NCBI GenBank assembly: GCA_039586365.1 | Contig: JBDHKN010000001.1 | Span: forward strand, 128,001 to 192,000 | Source of the DNA: Gemmatimonadota bacterium | GTDB taxonomy: Bacteria; Gemmatimonadota; Gemmatimonadetes; Gemmatimonadales; GWC2-71-9 | Length of the DNA stretch: 64,000 bases | Direction: 5' to 3' | Shown: positions 30,374 to 39,146 of the stretch, piece by piece | Layout of the letters: every line of letters starts with the position of its first letter | Position numbering within the stretch: the stretch's first letter is position 1 | Notes under the pieces: generated by a model | Seen by the model: only the letters and a program-made list of their open reading frames with translations | What the model was told of the DNA's origin: nothing | The model's database searches: none | Made by a program: the position numbers and the translations under genes

Positions 30374-31375
30374 ATGACTGACAGCGAACTTACGCGACGC
30401 GATTTCGTGAAGGTAGGGGCGGTCGGAGCGGCCTCGGTCATCTTGAATACGAATGCTGCCAGTGCCGAGGCGCCCCGCGTCGCCATGCCCGACCGACCGC
30501 TCGGCCGCACCGGCCACCGCGTGAAGCTATTCAGCCTGGGTGGGCAGGCTACACTGGAGATGCAAGGCACCCGGGATCAGTCTATAGAGATCATAAATCG
30601 AGCGATAGATCTGGGAGTCAACTACATTGACACCGCGGCTGCCTACGGTCGTGGGATCAGCCAGACCTACATCGGTGAGGTGATGGCTACCCGGCGCGAC
30701 GAGGTGTTCCTCGCTACCAAGACACACAATCGGACGCGGGATGGGTCCCTGGAGCTGCTGGAGCAGAGCTTGAATCTGCTGCAGACTGACCACCTGGATC
30801 TGTGGCAGCTACATAACGTCCAGCGAAATGAGCAACTCGACACGATCTTTGCAAAAGACGGCGCAGTTCATGCGCTGCAGGAGGCGAAGGAAGAGAAGAT
30901 CGTCCGGTTTCTAGGCATCACCGGACATTTCGATCCCGCCGTGCTCGTTCGGGGACTGAACGGTTTCGACTTCGACACGGTGTTGCTGGCCCTGAATCCC
31001 GCCGATCCTCACTATCTCCCCTTCACTGAGGAACTGCTACCGCTCGCAAACCGGAAGGGACTGGGGATCATAGCAATGAAGATACCGGCACGCGGCCAGC
31101 TGTTCCGTGAGGGGGGAATCACATCTATGAGGGACGCGATGACCTGGGTGATGGCGCACCCGATAAGCACGGTAATAGTGGGCTGTGACACTGTGGAACA
31201 GCTGGAGGAGAACGTCTCAATAGCAGCAAACTTCCAGCCACCATCTGAGCAGGAGTTGGCTCGCATAGCGGGACTAACCGCACACTATCCCAAGGAGGCT
31301 GCTTTCTTCAAGCGTGACGCCGCGGGGTTCCCGGGACGTCGTGACGATGAGGACGATCAGCAGACCGATGACTGA
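30374..31375 (+). CDS. Aldo/keto reductase with Tat signal peptide
   Basis: TRRDFVK, GVNYIDTAAAYG, LATKT, IIAMK; GAGGAGG RBS. Confidence 0.9.
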   Translation: MTDSELTRRDFVKVGAVGAASVILNTNAASAEAPRVAMPDRPLGRTGHRVKLFSLGGQATLEMQGTRDQSIEIINRAIDLGVNYIDTAAAYGRGISQTYIGEVMATRRDEVFLATKTHNRTRDGSLELLEQSLNLLQTDHLDLWQLHNVQRNEQLDTIFAKDGAVHALQEAKEEKIVRFLGITGHFDPAVLVRGLNGFDFDTVLLALNPADPHYLPFTEELLPLANRKGLGIIAMKIPARGQLFREGGITSMRDAMTWVMAHPISTVIVGCDTVEQLEENVSIAANFQPPSEQELARIAGLTAHYPKEAAFFKRDAAGFPGRRDDEDDQQTDD

Positions 31376-31745
31376 ACCGAGCCGAGAGCGCTGCATCGCG
31401 TAGACTGTGGGGCAAGGGAGCGACAGGCGAGTACTCTCCACGGACCGTTTGATCGGTTGCGCAGTTGGAGCAGTCTGACCGCTTCGACTGATCTCCAGCC
31501 GCCCGCAGGCTAGAAGATGGCCGGCCGCCCCCGGGGACGGGTGCCCGCTGCTGTGTGGTGGGCAGGGGAATGGAGGTCCCGCGAACCCGGTCGTAAGTTA
31601 TTGCTACCGAAAATCTTAGGTTGTATCGGTCAGCAGTAGCCTCGGCTGGTCGTTCAGGCAAGGAAACCGCAGTTCCGCTCATCTGTGCTTCATGATTCCT
31701 TAATCGGCCAACAGCTAGTTTGCTTGCGATATTTACTTTTCCGGG

Positions 31746-31763
31746 TATCCTGATCACCGGATA
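31746..31763 (+). promoter_or_regulatory. Putative ArsR-family (SqrR/BigR-like) operator
   Basis: Inverted repeat TATCC-N8-GGATA just upstream of the regulator start. Confidence 0.55.
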
Positions 31764-31780
31764 TATCGACGGGAGTACCG

Positions 31781-32125
31781 ATGAAGGCAGAACCGAGTGA
31801 TATCCGCCGTGCCGCCGGGATCTTCAAGGTGTTGTCCCACCCACATCGGCTCAGAATCGCCTGTCAGCTTTCGGACGGTCGCTGTACGACCCAGAAGGAA
31901 CTGATCGAGGAACTGGGCTGGCCCCAATCCACGATGGCCCGCCACCTGTCCGCGCTGCGCGACCGCGGGCTGATCAAAGCCACGCGAAAAGGGCAGGAGG
32001 TGCAGTTGGAGCTGGGCAGTCCTGTCACTCGCCAACTGCTGGAGGCAGTGTGCGTGTGGGTGCATCCTGAAACCGGCGAACGTTTCGCCGGGAGTTTCAA
32101 AATGGCTCCAACCGGGCAAGTGTGA
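31781..32125 (+). CDS. ArsR/SmtB family regulator, SqrR/BigR-like two-Cys type
   Basis: FKVLSHPHRLRIACQL, SHL-type helix (ARHLSALR), C-terminal LLEAVC. Confidence 0.85.
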   Translation: MKAEPSDIRRAAGIFKVLSHPHRLRIACQLSDGRCTTQKELIEELGWPQSTMARHLSALRDRGLIKATRKGQEVQLELGSPVTRQLLEAVCVWVHPETGERFAGSFKMAPTGQV

Positions 32126-34389
32126 TGCGGCGAAGAGAGTTCATACGTATCGGCTCCGGAGCCGCTGGAGCGATGCTCATGGGAGGCCTAGCAAGCGATT
32201 GGTTCAACCTGTACGGCAATCCCCTTCCCGATCCAGGTACTGACGGTGATCGCATAATCCCGTCCTTCTGCGAACTCTGCTTTTGGAAGTGCGGGATATT
32301 GGCTCACGTCAAGAACGGACGTGTCACCAAGATCAAAGGCAATCCCAAAGATCCACTCTCGCACGGTCATCTCTGCCCGCGCGGAGCCGGAGGAACAGGG
32401 CTGCTGTACGATCCGGATCGTCTGAAGAAACCACTGATCAGGGTGAGTAAACGCGGTGGCCAGGAGTTCGAGGAAGTCACGTGGGATGCGGCGCTCAACG
32501 AGGTGGCCGAGAATTTCGAGCGCATCAAGGGGCTGTATGGTGCGTCTGCCTTGGCGCTGTTCTCGCACGGTTACGGCGGCAACTGGATGAAGCACCTATT
32601 CAAAGCCTATGGCTCACCCAACATCGCCGCCCCGTCATATGCGCAGTGCCGCGGCCCCAGGGAAGTCGGCTTCGATTTGACTTTCGGATCGGGAGTTGGG
32701 TCTCCGGAGGTCACTGACATGGCCAACAGCCGGTGCGTCGTGCTCATCGGCAGCCACCTGGGCGAGAACATGCATAACACTCAGGTTCAGGACTTCGCCC
32801 AGGCGATTCGCAATCGTGCGGACATTATCGCTGTCGATCCGCGGTTTTCTGTCGCCGCATCCAAAGCCAACTATTGGCTACCCGTCAAACCTGGAACGGA
32901 CATCGCATTGCTGCTCGCTTGGATGAATGTGATGGTGGGGGAGGGCTTATACGACAGAGAGTACGTCGAGGGGTACACAGTAGGGTTCGAGCAACTGAAG
33001 GCACACGTCGAACCGTACACACCAGAGTGGGCCTACCCTAGGACAGGACTCGAGCCGGAGTTGATTCGGCGGACAGCGCGCGTGATGGCCGCTGCGAAGC
33101 CAGCCACCTTGATCCACCCAGGCAGACACGTAACCTGGTACGGCAATGACACCCAACGGTCTCGAGCGATCGCAATCTTGAACGCACTCCTCGGGTCGTG
33201 GGGTCGCAAAGGTGGGTTCTACATTCCGTCTCAGGTGGAGCTACCCCCTTACAGGTATCCGGGCTATCGGGCGCCGGAGGGCGAGGCAGCGGATCGCCCC
33301 CAACCGAGCGACTACCCCCTGGGTGATGAGGTGCTAGCGCAGGGTGTTTGCGAAGCGACAATCCCGGGCGTGCGAGAGGAATCCGGCATCAAGGGCTGGA
33401 TGGTGTACGGCTCAAACCTGCCGACAACCCTGCCCAATCCCAAGCAGACGTACCAGGCAATCCAAGAACTTGAGTTCTTGGTGACAGTGGACGTGTTGCC
33501 GGCGGAGATCGCTGGCTGGTCGGACGTGGTCCTTCCCGAAGCAACCTACTTGGAGCGGTGTGACGAACTGTTAGCCCCAAGCTATCGGCAGCCCTACATC
33601 GCGGTACGTCAGGAGGTAGTTCCACCGATGTACGACAGCAAGCCCGGTTGGTGGATAGGGCGCGAACTTGGGAAGCGGATAGGGCTTCCCGAGTTTTTTC
33701 CGTGGACAGATTCGATCGAGTATGCCCAGACGCGGCTGCACGAAGCTGGGTACGACTGTGAGGAACTCCAGCGTGATGGCGTCATACTTGGGCCGCCGCA
33801 ACCGCTCTACTTTGAGGAGGGAGCTGCACCGGAGTTCTACACCGACTCTGGGAAGATCGAACTGTACTCCGCACGGCTTGCGAGCTACGGCTTCGATCCC
33901 ATGCCGACGTATCACGAAGCTGAAGTTGAGGAACCACCGACAGGATACTACCGACTGCTCTTCGGTCGGGCCCCGAGCCATACGTTCGGTCGTACGACCA
34001 ACAACCGGTTGTTGTCAGAGGTCTACTCAGAAAACACCGTTTGGGTAAACGGTGCCGTCGCTGGGAAGTGGGGCCTGCAGGACGGTGACCGAGTCTATCT
34101 CCAAAACCAGGACGGAGTGCGCTCATCCTTCTCAGGCCCCGTGAAAGTAACTGAGCGGATTCGTCCCGACGCCGTTTACCTGGTGCACGGCTACGGCCGC
34201 AAGGCGAGAAAACTACGCTTCGTTTACGGCAAGGGTATCGACGACAACGAGCTGATCACACGCTACAAGACAGATCCAGTCATGGGTGGGACCGGAATGA
34301 ACGTGAACTTTGTGACGTTCTTGCGGGCGAGTGAAGTGGATGCGGAACTCGCCGCGCCGGCTGCTGAGACAGAGGTGGAGAATGGTTGA
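32122..34389 (+). CDS. psrA: Polysulfide/thiosulfate reductase catalytic molybdopterin subunit (PsrA/PhsA family)
   Basis: Tat RRREFI, CELCFWKC...HLCPRG FS0 motif, AQCRGPR putative Mo-ligand Cys, DVVLPEATYLER. Confidence 0.8.
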   Translation: MMRRREFIRIGSGAAGAMLMGGLASDWFNLYGNPLPDPGTDGDRIIPSFCELCFWKCGILAHVKNGRVTKIKGNPKDPLSHGHLCPRGAGGTGLLYDPDRLKKPLIRVSKRGGQEFEEVTWDAALNEVAENFERIKGLYGASALALFSHGYGGNWMKHLFKAYGSPNIAAPSYAQCRGPREVGFDLTFGSGVGSPEVTDMANSRCVVLIGSHLGENMHNTQVQDFAQAIRNRADIIAVDPRFSVAASKANYWLPVKPGTDIALLLAWMNVMVGEGLYDREYVEGYTVGFEQLKAHVEPYTPEWAYPRTGLEPELIRRTARVMAAAKPATLIHPGRHVTWYGNDTQRSRAIAILNALLGSWGRKGGFYIPSQVELPPYRYPGYRAPEGEAADRPQPSDYPLGDEVLAQGVCEATIPGVREESGIKGWMVYGSNLPTTLPNPKQTYQAIQELEFLVTVDVLPAEIAGWSDVVLPEATYLERCDELLAPSYRQPYIAVRQEVVPPMYDSKPGWWIGRELGKRIGLPEFFPWTDSIEYAQTRLHEAGYDCEELQRDGVILGPPQPLYFEEGAAPEFYTDSGKIELYSARLASYGFDPMPTYHEAEVEEPPTGYYRLLFGRAPSHTFGRTTNNRLLSEVYSENTVWVNGAVAGKWGLQDGDRVYLQNQDGVRSSFSGPVKVTERIRPDAVYLVHGYGRKARKLRFVYGKGIDDNELITRYKTDPVMGGTGMNVNFVTFLRASEVDAELAAPAAETEVENG

Positions 34390-34930
34390 GAAGCAGTATG
34401 CGATGGTGGTAGACACTCGCACCTGTGTGGGTTGTGGTGCGTGTGTGATCGGCTGCAAGACCGAGAACAGTGTGGCGCAGGGCTACGCGCGGGACTGGGT
34501 GGTCACTGAGACTGCGGGTACCTACCCGTTCCTACAGATGAACGTCAGGTCTGAGCGGTGCAACCATTGTGAAGACGCGCCGTGCGTGACTGTTTGCCCG
34601 ACCGGCGCCTCACACTACGGCCCAGGTCGTACCGTCCAAGTGAACCAGGCCAAGTGTTCGGGTTGCAAGGCGTGCATTGCTGCATGCCCGTACGGTGCCC
34701 GCTTCATCGATCCCCAACTGGGAGCCGTTGATAAGTGCACGTTCTGCGTCCACAGGATCGAGGACGGTATCCCGACCACTTCGTGTCAGGAGATCTGTCC
34801 GACACAGAGCATCTACTTCGGTGATCTGAGTGACACGAACAGCCAAGTCTCCCGGCTCTTGGCCACGCGCGACCACTATACGTTGCTGCCTGACGCTGGG
34901 ACGAAGCCCAAGCACTTCTACGTGAGGTGA
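34382..34930 (+). CDS. psrB: 4Fe-4S electron-transfer subunit (PsrB/NrfC family)
   Basis: CVGCGACVIGC, CNHCEDAPCVTVCP, CSGCKACIAACP, CTFC...CQEICP. Confidence 0.85.
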   Translation: MVEKQYAMVVDTRTCVGCGACVIGCKTENSVAQGYARDWVVTETAGTYPFLQMNVRSERCNHCEDAPCVTVCPTGASHYGPGRTVQVNQAKCSGCKACIAACPYGARFIDPQLGAVDKCTFCVHRIEDGIPTTSCQEICPTQSIYFGDLSDTNSQVSRLLATRDHYTLLPDAGTKPKHFYVR

Positions 34931-34940
34931 GTAGGCTACC

Positions 34941-35903
34941 ATGAATGAGATCACGACGACGCGACACAATCCTTTGATTGACCCAGTGCTTCACGTGTGG
35001 CATGGCGAGGTCGCGCTGTATTTGTTTCTCGGCGGCGTAGTGGCGGGGATAATGGTGCTCTCCGGGATGTGGCTGCTCCGCAGGCCTATTCCTGAACGCT
35101 CCCGCGCCCTGTCATTCTTGCCGTGGGCCAGTCCGGCACTCCTTTCGGTGGGCATGTTCTTTCTCTGGCTAGACTTGGAACATCCGTGGAATGCCTACCG
35201 CTTCTACCTGGCCTTTCGAGCGAGCTCTCCCATGTCTTGGGGCGCCTGGATTCTGATTGCCATCTACCCCGCTTCGGTTCTGCTAGCTTGAACGGGTTCT
35301 CCGCCGGACTTCCGCCAGCGCTGGGAACAGCGCTTAGCGTTGCTTCCGCCGGTTGCACGGCTTGGTCGCTGGGCGGTTCAACACGTCCGACAGCTTGCGC
35401 TAATCAACGTGCTGACCGGCGCTGCCCTCGGCCTCTACACAGGTGTTCTCCTGGGGACGATGGCCGCGCGCCCACTGTGGAATTCTGCGATCCTCGGCCC
35501 ACTGTTCCTCGTGTCCGGTCTCTCCACGGGGGCGGCCTTTCTTCTCCTGTATCGCCTTGGCGATCAGGAGCGCATTCTGCTGGGCAGGGTCGATATGGGG
35601 TTGATTGTTGCTGAATTGTGCTTGCTCGCGCTCTGGCTGATCGGCCTTGCAAGTGGTGGCATCGCTGCCAGAGCGGCCGTTTCCATCTTCTTCGGAGGGT
35701 CGTACACGGCGGCGTTTTGGACGCTGGTAGTGGCTCTGGGACTCGTCACACCATTGATCGGAGAGTGGATCGAGCATCGCAATCGCGTCGTCCCAGGCCG
35801 CGCCATCGCCATACTGGTTCTGGTCGGTGGCTTCGCACTGCGTTGGATCGTGGTCTTTGCCGGCCAGCATGCACGGTGGGTTGGCGAAGTCGCATTGCGA
35901 TAA
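34941..35903 (+). CDS. psrC: NrfD/PsrC membrane anchor with an in-frame TGA at 35289-35291
   Basis: The two ORF-track pieces share one frame: ALYLFLGG, DLEHP, SPMSWGAW before the stop; YTGVLL, RPLWNS, SGLSTGAA, LRWIVV after it. Confidence 0.8.
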
Positions 35904-35918
35904 GAGGAAGAGAATCTC

Positions 35919-36431
35919 ATGACTGCAAGACCATACTGGAATCCGTATCTCGCCGGCGCGCTATTGGGACTGGCCCTGCTGGGCGCATTCCTGATTGCCG
36001 GACAAGGGCTAGGCGCCAGTGCGTTTCCCAAGAGGGTACTGGCCGTGGCAGGTAGCGAGGTAGCGCCGCAGTGGACGGCGCGGAATCCATCGCTTGGCCA
36101 ATACGTGGAAGATGACTCCAACCCGCTGCGAAACTGGCTCGTAGTTGAGGTGATTGGTGTGGTGTTGGGTGGGTTAATCGGCGCCCTCAGCGCCGGACGG
36201 CTCAAGGCCACCGTTGAGAAGGGTCCCAACATCTCGGTGAGGGGAAGGCTAGGCTATGCCTTGGGTGGTGGGATCATCATGGGGTTTGCAGCGGCGCTGG
36301 CCCGGGGCTGCACTTCCGGGCAGGCTCTCAGCGGCGGTGCCCTACTGGCGACCGGTAGTTGGATCTTCATGATGATGTTCTTTGCCGGGGCCTATGCGTT
36401 CGCGTACGTGGTTAGGAGGCAATGGCTATGA
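35919..36431 (+). CDS. YeeE/YedE family sulfur-compound transporter (half-size)
   Basis: YWNPYLAG, LARGCTSGQALSG. Confidence 0.88.
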   Translation: MTARPYWNPYLAGALLGLALLGAFLIAGQGLGASAFPKRVLAVAGSEVAPQWTARNPSLGQYVEDDSNPLRNWLVVEVIGVVLGGLIGALSAGRLKATVEKGPNISVRGRLGYALGGGIIMGFAAALARGCTSGQALSGGALLATGSWIFMMMFFAGAYAFAYVVRRQWL

Positions 36432-37624
36432 GTGACGCGGTCTTCCCAATCGTCTTTGCTTCAGAGGAAGCACGTCTCCTTACGGCAATCTTACTGGGAT
36501 TCCTGTTTGGGTTTGCCCTCGAACGAGCCGGTTTTGGCAACGCGCGCAAGCTCGTCGGTCAATTCTATCTGCACGACATGACGGTTTTCAAGGTGATGTT
36601 CACTGCCGTGTTGGTGGCGACGGTTGGACTCTATTCGTTGTCCGCCTTCGGGTTCTTGGATATGTCGCGCATGTGGGTCAACCCGACCTTTGTTTGGGCC
36701 CAGTTGATCGGCGGATTCATGTTGGGGATCGGGTTCATCATGAGTGGCCTGTGTCCGGGCACGTCTGTAGTATCGGCCGCCTCCGGACGATGGGATGGAC
36801 TGGTGACGTTCGCTGGGATGTTCGTCGGTTCGTTCGCCTTCGCATTGTTCAGCGATTGGTTCCCGATCCTGGTGCGGCTGTACGAAGGTGGTTCCCTCGG
36901 TGTGTCAATGCTGCCACAACTCCTGGGACTATCTGTCCCATGGTTCATCCTGGGAGTCGTGCTTCTTGCAGGCGCAGCGTTCGTTGGTGCTGAGAGGGTC
37001 GAGCAGATCTTCCAGCGGGAGCAGCGGCCAGTAGAACTGACACCTGAACCCACTCGCCGTGCGCGGCGGTACAAATTCGGTCTGGCCGGTAGCCTAGCAT
37101 TGGTGGCATTGGTGGCCTCGGGAGCGTCAGCACCGCGCGTCGAGCAACCGCAGGTCCGGGCGGTGGAGATCGCACCGCTCGAGCTGGCTGAGGCGATCAT
37201 TGCCAAGAACCCCGGGCTGCTGATTCTGGACCTCCGCAGTCAGACCGATTCGCCGGGCTTGGTGATACCTGGTGCAATACCGATCGGCCCCGACCATACA
37301 GCCGTACAGTATCTGCAAGGAGCTGCGCCTGAGACGGTTGTGGTGCTCTGCGACGAAACTGGGACCATGGCCACCGTGCCGACCGAGTGGCCGCAGAAGC
37401 TCGACTACCGGATCGTGGCCGGCGGTATTGAGGGCTGGCGAGCTGAGGTGTTGACTCCGATCCAAGCCATCAGCTCGGCACTAGCAGAACGGGAATTTGT
37501 GGCTCGGCAGAACCAGATTGCGGGCTTCTTCTCCGGGGCGGCGGTACGCCCAGCGGCGGTGAGTGCTCCGCCGGTGGTGAGCACTCTCGGTCCGAAGAAG
37601 AAAAAGAAATCGATGGGTTGCTGA
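36422..37624 (+). CDS. YeeE/YedE domain fused to a rhodanese-like domain and a C-terminal Cys tail
   Basis: FGFALERAGF, GLCPGT; then ILDLR..IPGA..VVLCD..AGGIEGW; ends PKKKKKSMGC. Confidence 0.85.
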   Translation: MAMSDAVFPIVFASEEARLLTAILLGFLFGFALERAGFGNARKLVGQFYLHDMTVFKVMFTAVLVATVGLYSLSAFGFLDMSRMWVNPTFVWAQLIGGFMLGIGFIMSGLCPGTSVVSAASGRWDGLVTFAGMFVGSFAFALFSDWFPILVRLYEGGSLGVSMLPQLLGLSVPWFILGVVLLAGAAFVGAERVEQIFQREQRPVELTPEPTRRARRYKFGLAGSLALVALVASGASAPRVEQPQVRAVEIAPLELAEAIIAKNPGLLILDLRSQTDSPGLVIPGAIPIGPDHTAVQYLQGAAPETVVVLCDETGTMATVPTEWPQKLDYRIVAGGIEGWRAEVLTPIQAISSALAEREFVARQNQIAGFFSGAAVRPAAVSAPPVVSTLGPKKKKKSMGC

Positions 37625-37633
37625 CCCTGGGAG

Positions 37634-38458
37634 CTAGCTCGCTGGTTTCCTGGCTCTGATGAAGGCGCTCATGAACCGACCGTCTATCTGAGATGCTACT
37701 GACTCTACATCCAGACCGGCCCCTGAGAGGAAAGTCCTGGCGTCGTCCACGCTGTAGATGCGTGTGGGTTCAATGGCGGCGTCTTGGAAGCCTACCTCTT
37801 GCAGAAGCCGCTCGAATTCGGACTCCTCAAGAGCGCCGGCTATGCAGCCCGTCCACAGTTCCACACTCTGCCTAATGTCTTGCGGCACCTCACCTCGAAC
37901 GACTACGTCCGATACGGCGAACCTGCCGCCCGGCCTAAGCACCCTGTAGGCCTCGCGCAACGCCCGCTGCTTGTCGGCGGAGAGGTTAATCACGCAGTTG
38001 GAGATCACGACGTCGACTGAGTTGTCGGGCAGTGGGATTGCCTCGATCTCACCCTTGAGAAACTCTACATTTCGGATGCCTGCCGCGGCAGCGTTTCTTC
38101 GGGCGAGCTCGAGCATCTCGTCGGTCATGTCCAGACCGTAGGCCTTGCCCTGGGGGCCAACGCGGCGTGCGGAGAGTAGCACATCGATCCCGCCGCCCGA
38201 TCCAAGGTCAAGCACTGCTTCACCGGGGGACAACTGAGCCAGCGCCGTGGGATTGCCGCACCCAAGTGACGCAACAACGGCGGGCTTCGGGAGGCCGTCG
38301 GCTTCCTCTGCGCTATAAAGATCCGTTGTGATCGGATCACAGCAGTGACTGCCTGTAGCTGAACCACAGCACGAGTTGGATTGACCGCGCTCGATGCGCG
38401 CTGCGGCGTGTCCGTACTTCTCTCTAACGAAGTCCCTGACCTCTTGTTCTCTTCTCAT
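37634..38458 (-). CDS. arsM: Arsenite S-adenosylmethionine methyltransferase
   Basis: VREKYG, SLGCGNP, LDLGSGGGID, ISNCVINLS, WTGCIAGAL. Confidence 0.93.
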   Translation of the reverse strand: MRREQEVRDFVREKYGHAAARIERGQSNSCCGSATGSHCCDPITTDLYSAEEADGLPKPAVVASLGCGNPTALAQLSPGEAVLDLGSGGGIDVLLSARRVGPQGKAYGLDMTDEMLELARRNAAAAGIRNVEFLKGEIEAIPLPDNSVDVVISNCVINLSADKQRALREAYRVLRPGGRFAVSDVVVRGEVPQDIRQSVELWTGCIAGALEESEFERLLQEVGFQDAAIEPTRIYSVDDARTFLSGAGLDVESVASQIDGRFMSAFIRARKPAS

Positions 38459-38462
38459 GTCA

Positions 38463-38807
38463 CTAATAGCAAGGTGTATGGGTTGGTGCTGCCTCGATGC
38501 AGCAGTCGGCAAACTGTTCTGCCGACGGGGTTGGCTGCAGGAAATTGCTCACTTGTTCAAGCACGTTGCAGCAGGCCCTGTAGAACACCCAACGGCCCTT
38601 CCGGCGAGCGTGGATGAGGCCAGCGTTTCTCAAGGTCTTGAGGTGGAACGACAGAAGCGGTTGACCAGCTCCCAGCGCGTCTTTGATCTCGCATTGACAA
38701 CGCTCGCCATCACCGAGCAGCACCAGTATCCGGAGGCGGGTCTCGTCCGATAAGGCTCGGAGACGGCTCGCGAGAAAGCCACATTGCTCAGATCTCAGGG
38801 AACGCAC
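38463..38807 (-). CDS. arsR: ArsR family As(III)-responsive repressor
   Basis: ALSDETRLRIL, ERCQCEI, LSFHLKTL, GRWVFY, extra CC pairs; upstream of arsM. Confidence 0.85.
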   Translation of the reverse strand: MRSLRSEQCGFLASRLRALSDETRLRILVLLGDGERCQCEIKDALGAGQPLLSFHLKTLRNAGLIHARRKGRWVFYRACCNVLEQVSNFLQPTPSAEQFADCCIEAAPTHTPCY

Positions 38808-38813
38808 ACCAGC

Positions 38814-38841
38814 AATATATCAATGACTTTTGATATGTCAA
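38814..38841 (-). promoter_or_regulatory. arsR promoter with overlapping ArsR operator
   Basis: TTGACA-16 nt-TATATT on the minus strand; palindrome ATATCAA-N6-TTGATAT at 38817-38836. Confidence 0.8.
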
Positions 38842-39088
38842 TCCAAACAATACGACGGGACCAGTTGTTCTTCCCTTGATCCCGCGGTGGAGCGATCCAG
38901 TTCTCCGAAGCCGCACTGCCGTTCAATCCGCAAGAAATGCTGTGCGACCTGCAGCCGAGCCCGGTAACTCCTTCCAAATCAACGTCATAGCAGTCGCTGA
39001 TTCATGGTGCATGTGCAATAGGAACATCTGGGAGAGGACGTGGAAAGTGGGGCCATGGGGTGGAGAACCGTGCCAAAGTGCAATCGAG

Positions 39089-39134
39089 TTATTAATTTAT
39101 TTATTATAATTGGTCATAAATAAAATAAACTAAA
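39089..39134 (+). promoter_or_regulatory. AT-rich promoter/operator element
   Basis: TTTATTTAT-N11-ATAAATAAA inverted repeat enclosing TATAAT (39105-39110). Confidence 0.6.
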
Positions 39135-39146
39135 GGCTCCCCCAGC

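Noticed and set aside
32122..34389. Respiratory arsenate reductase ArrA, suggested by the nearby arsM and arsR
   Set aside because: Length, the AQCRGPR ligand region and the NrfD plus YeeE context fit Psr/Phs better; phylogeny is still needed to settle it.
37616..37624. Terminal GC-TGA read as a Gly-Cys-Sec motif like thioredoxin reductase
   Set aside because: Read-through would run antisense into arsM without a nearby stop, and I saw no convincing SECIS-like hairpin.
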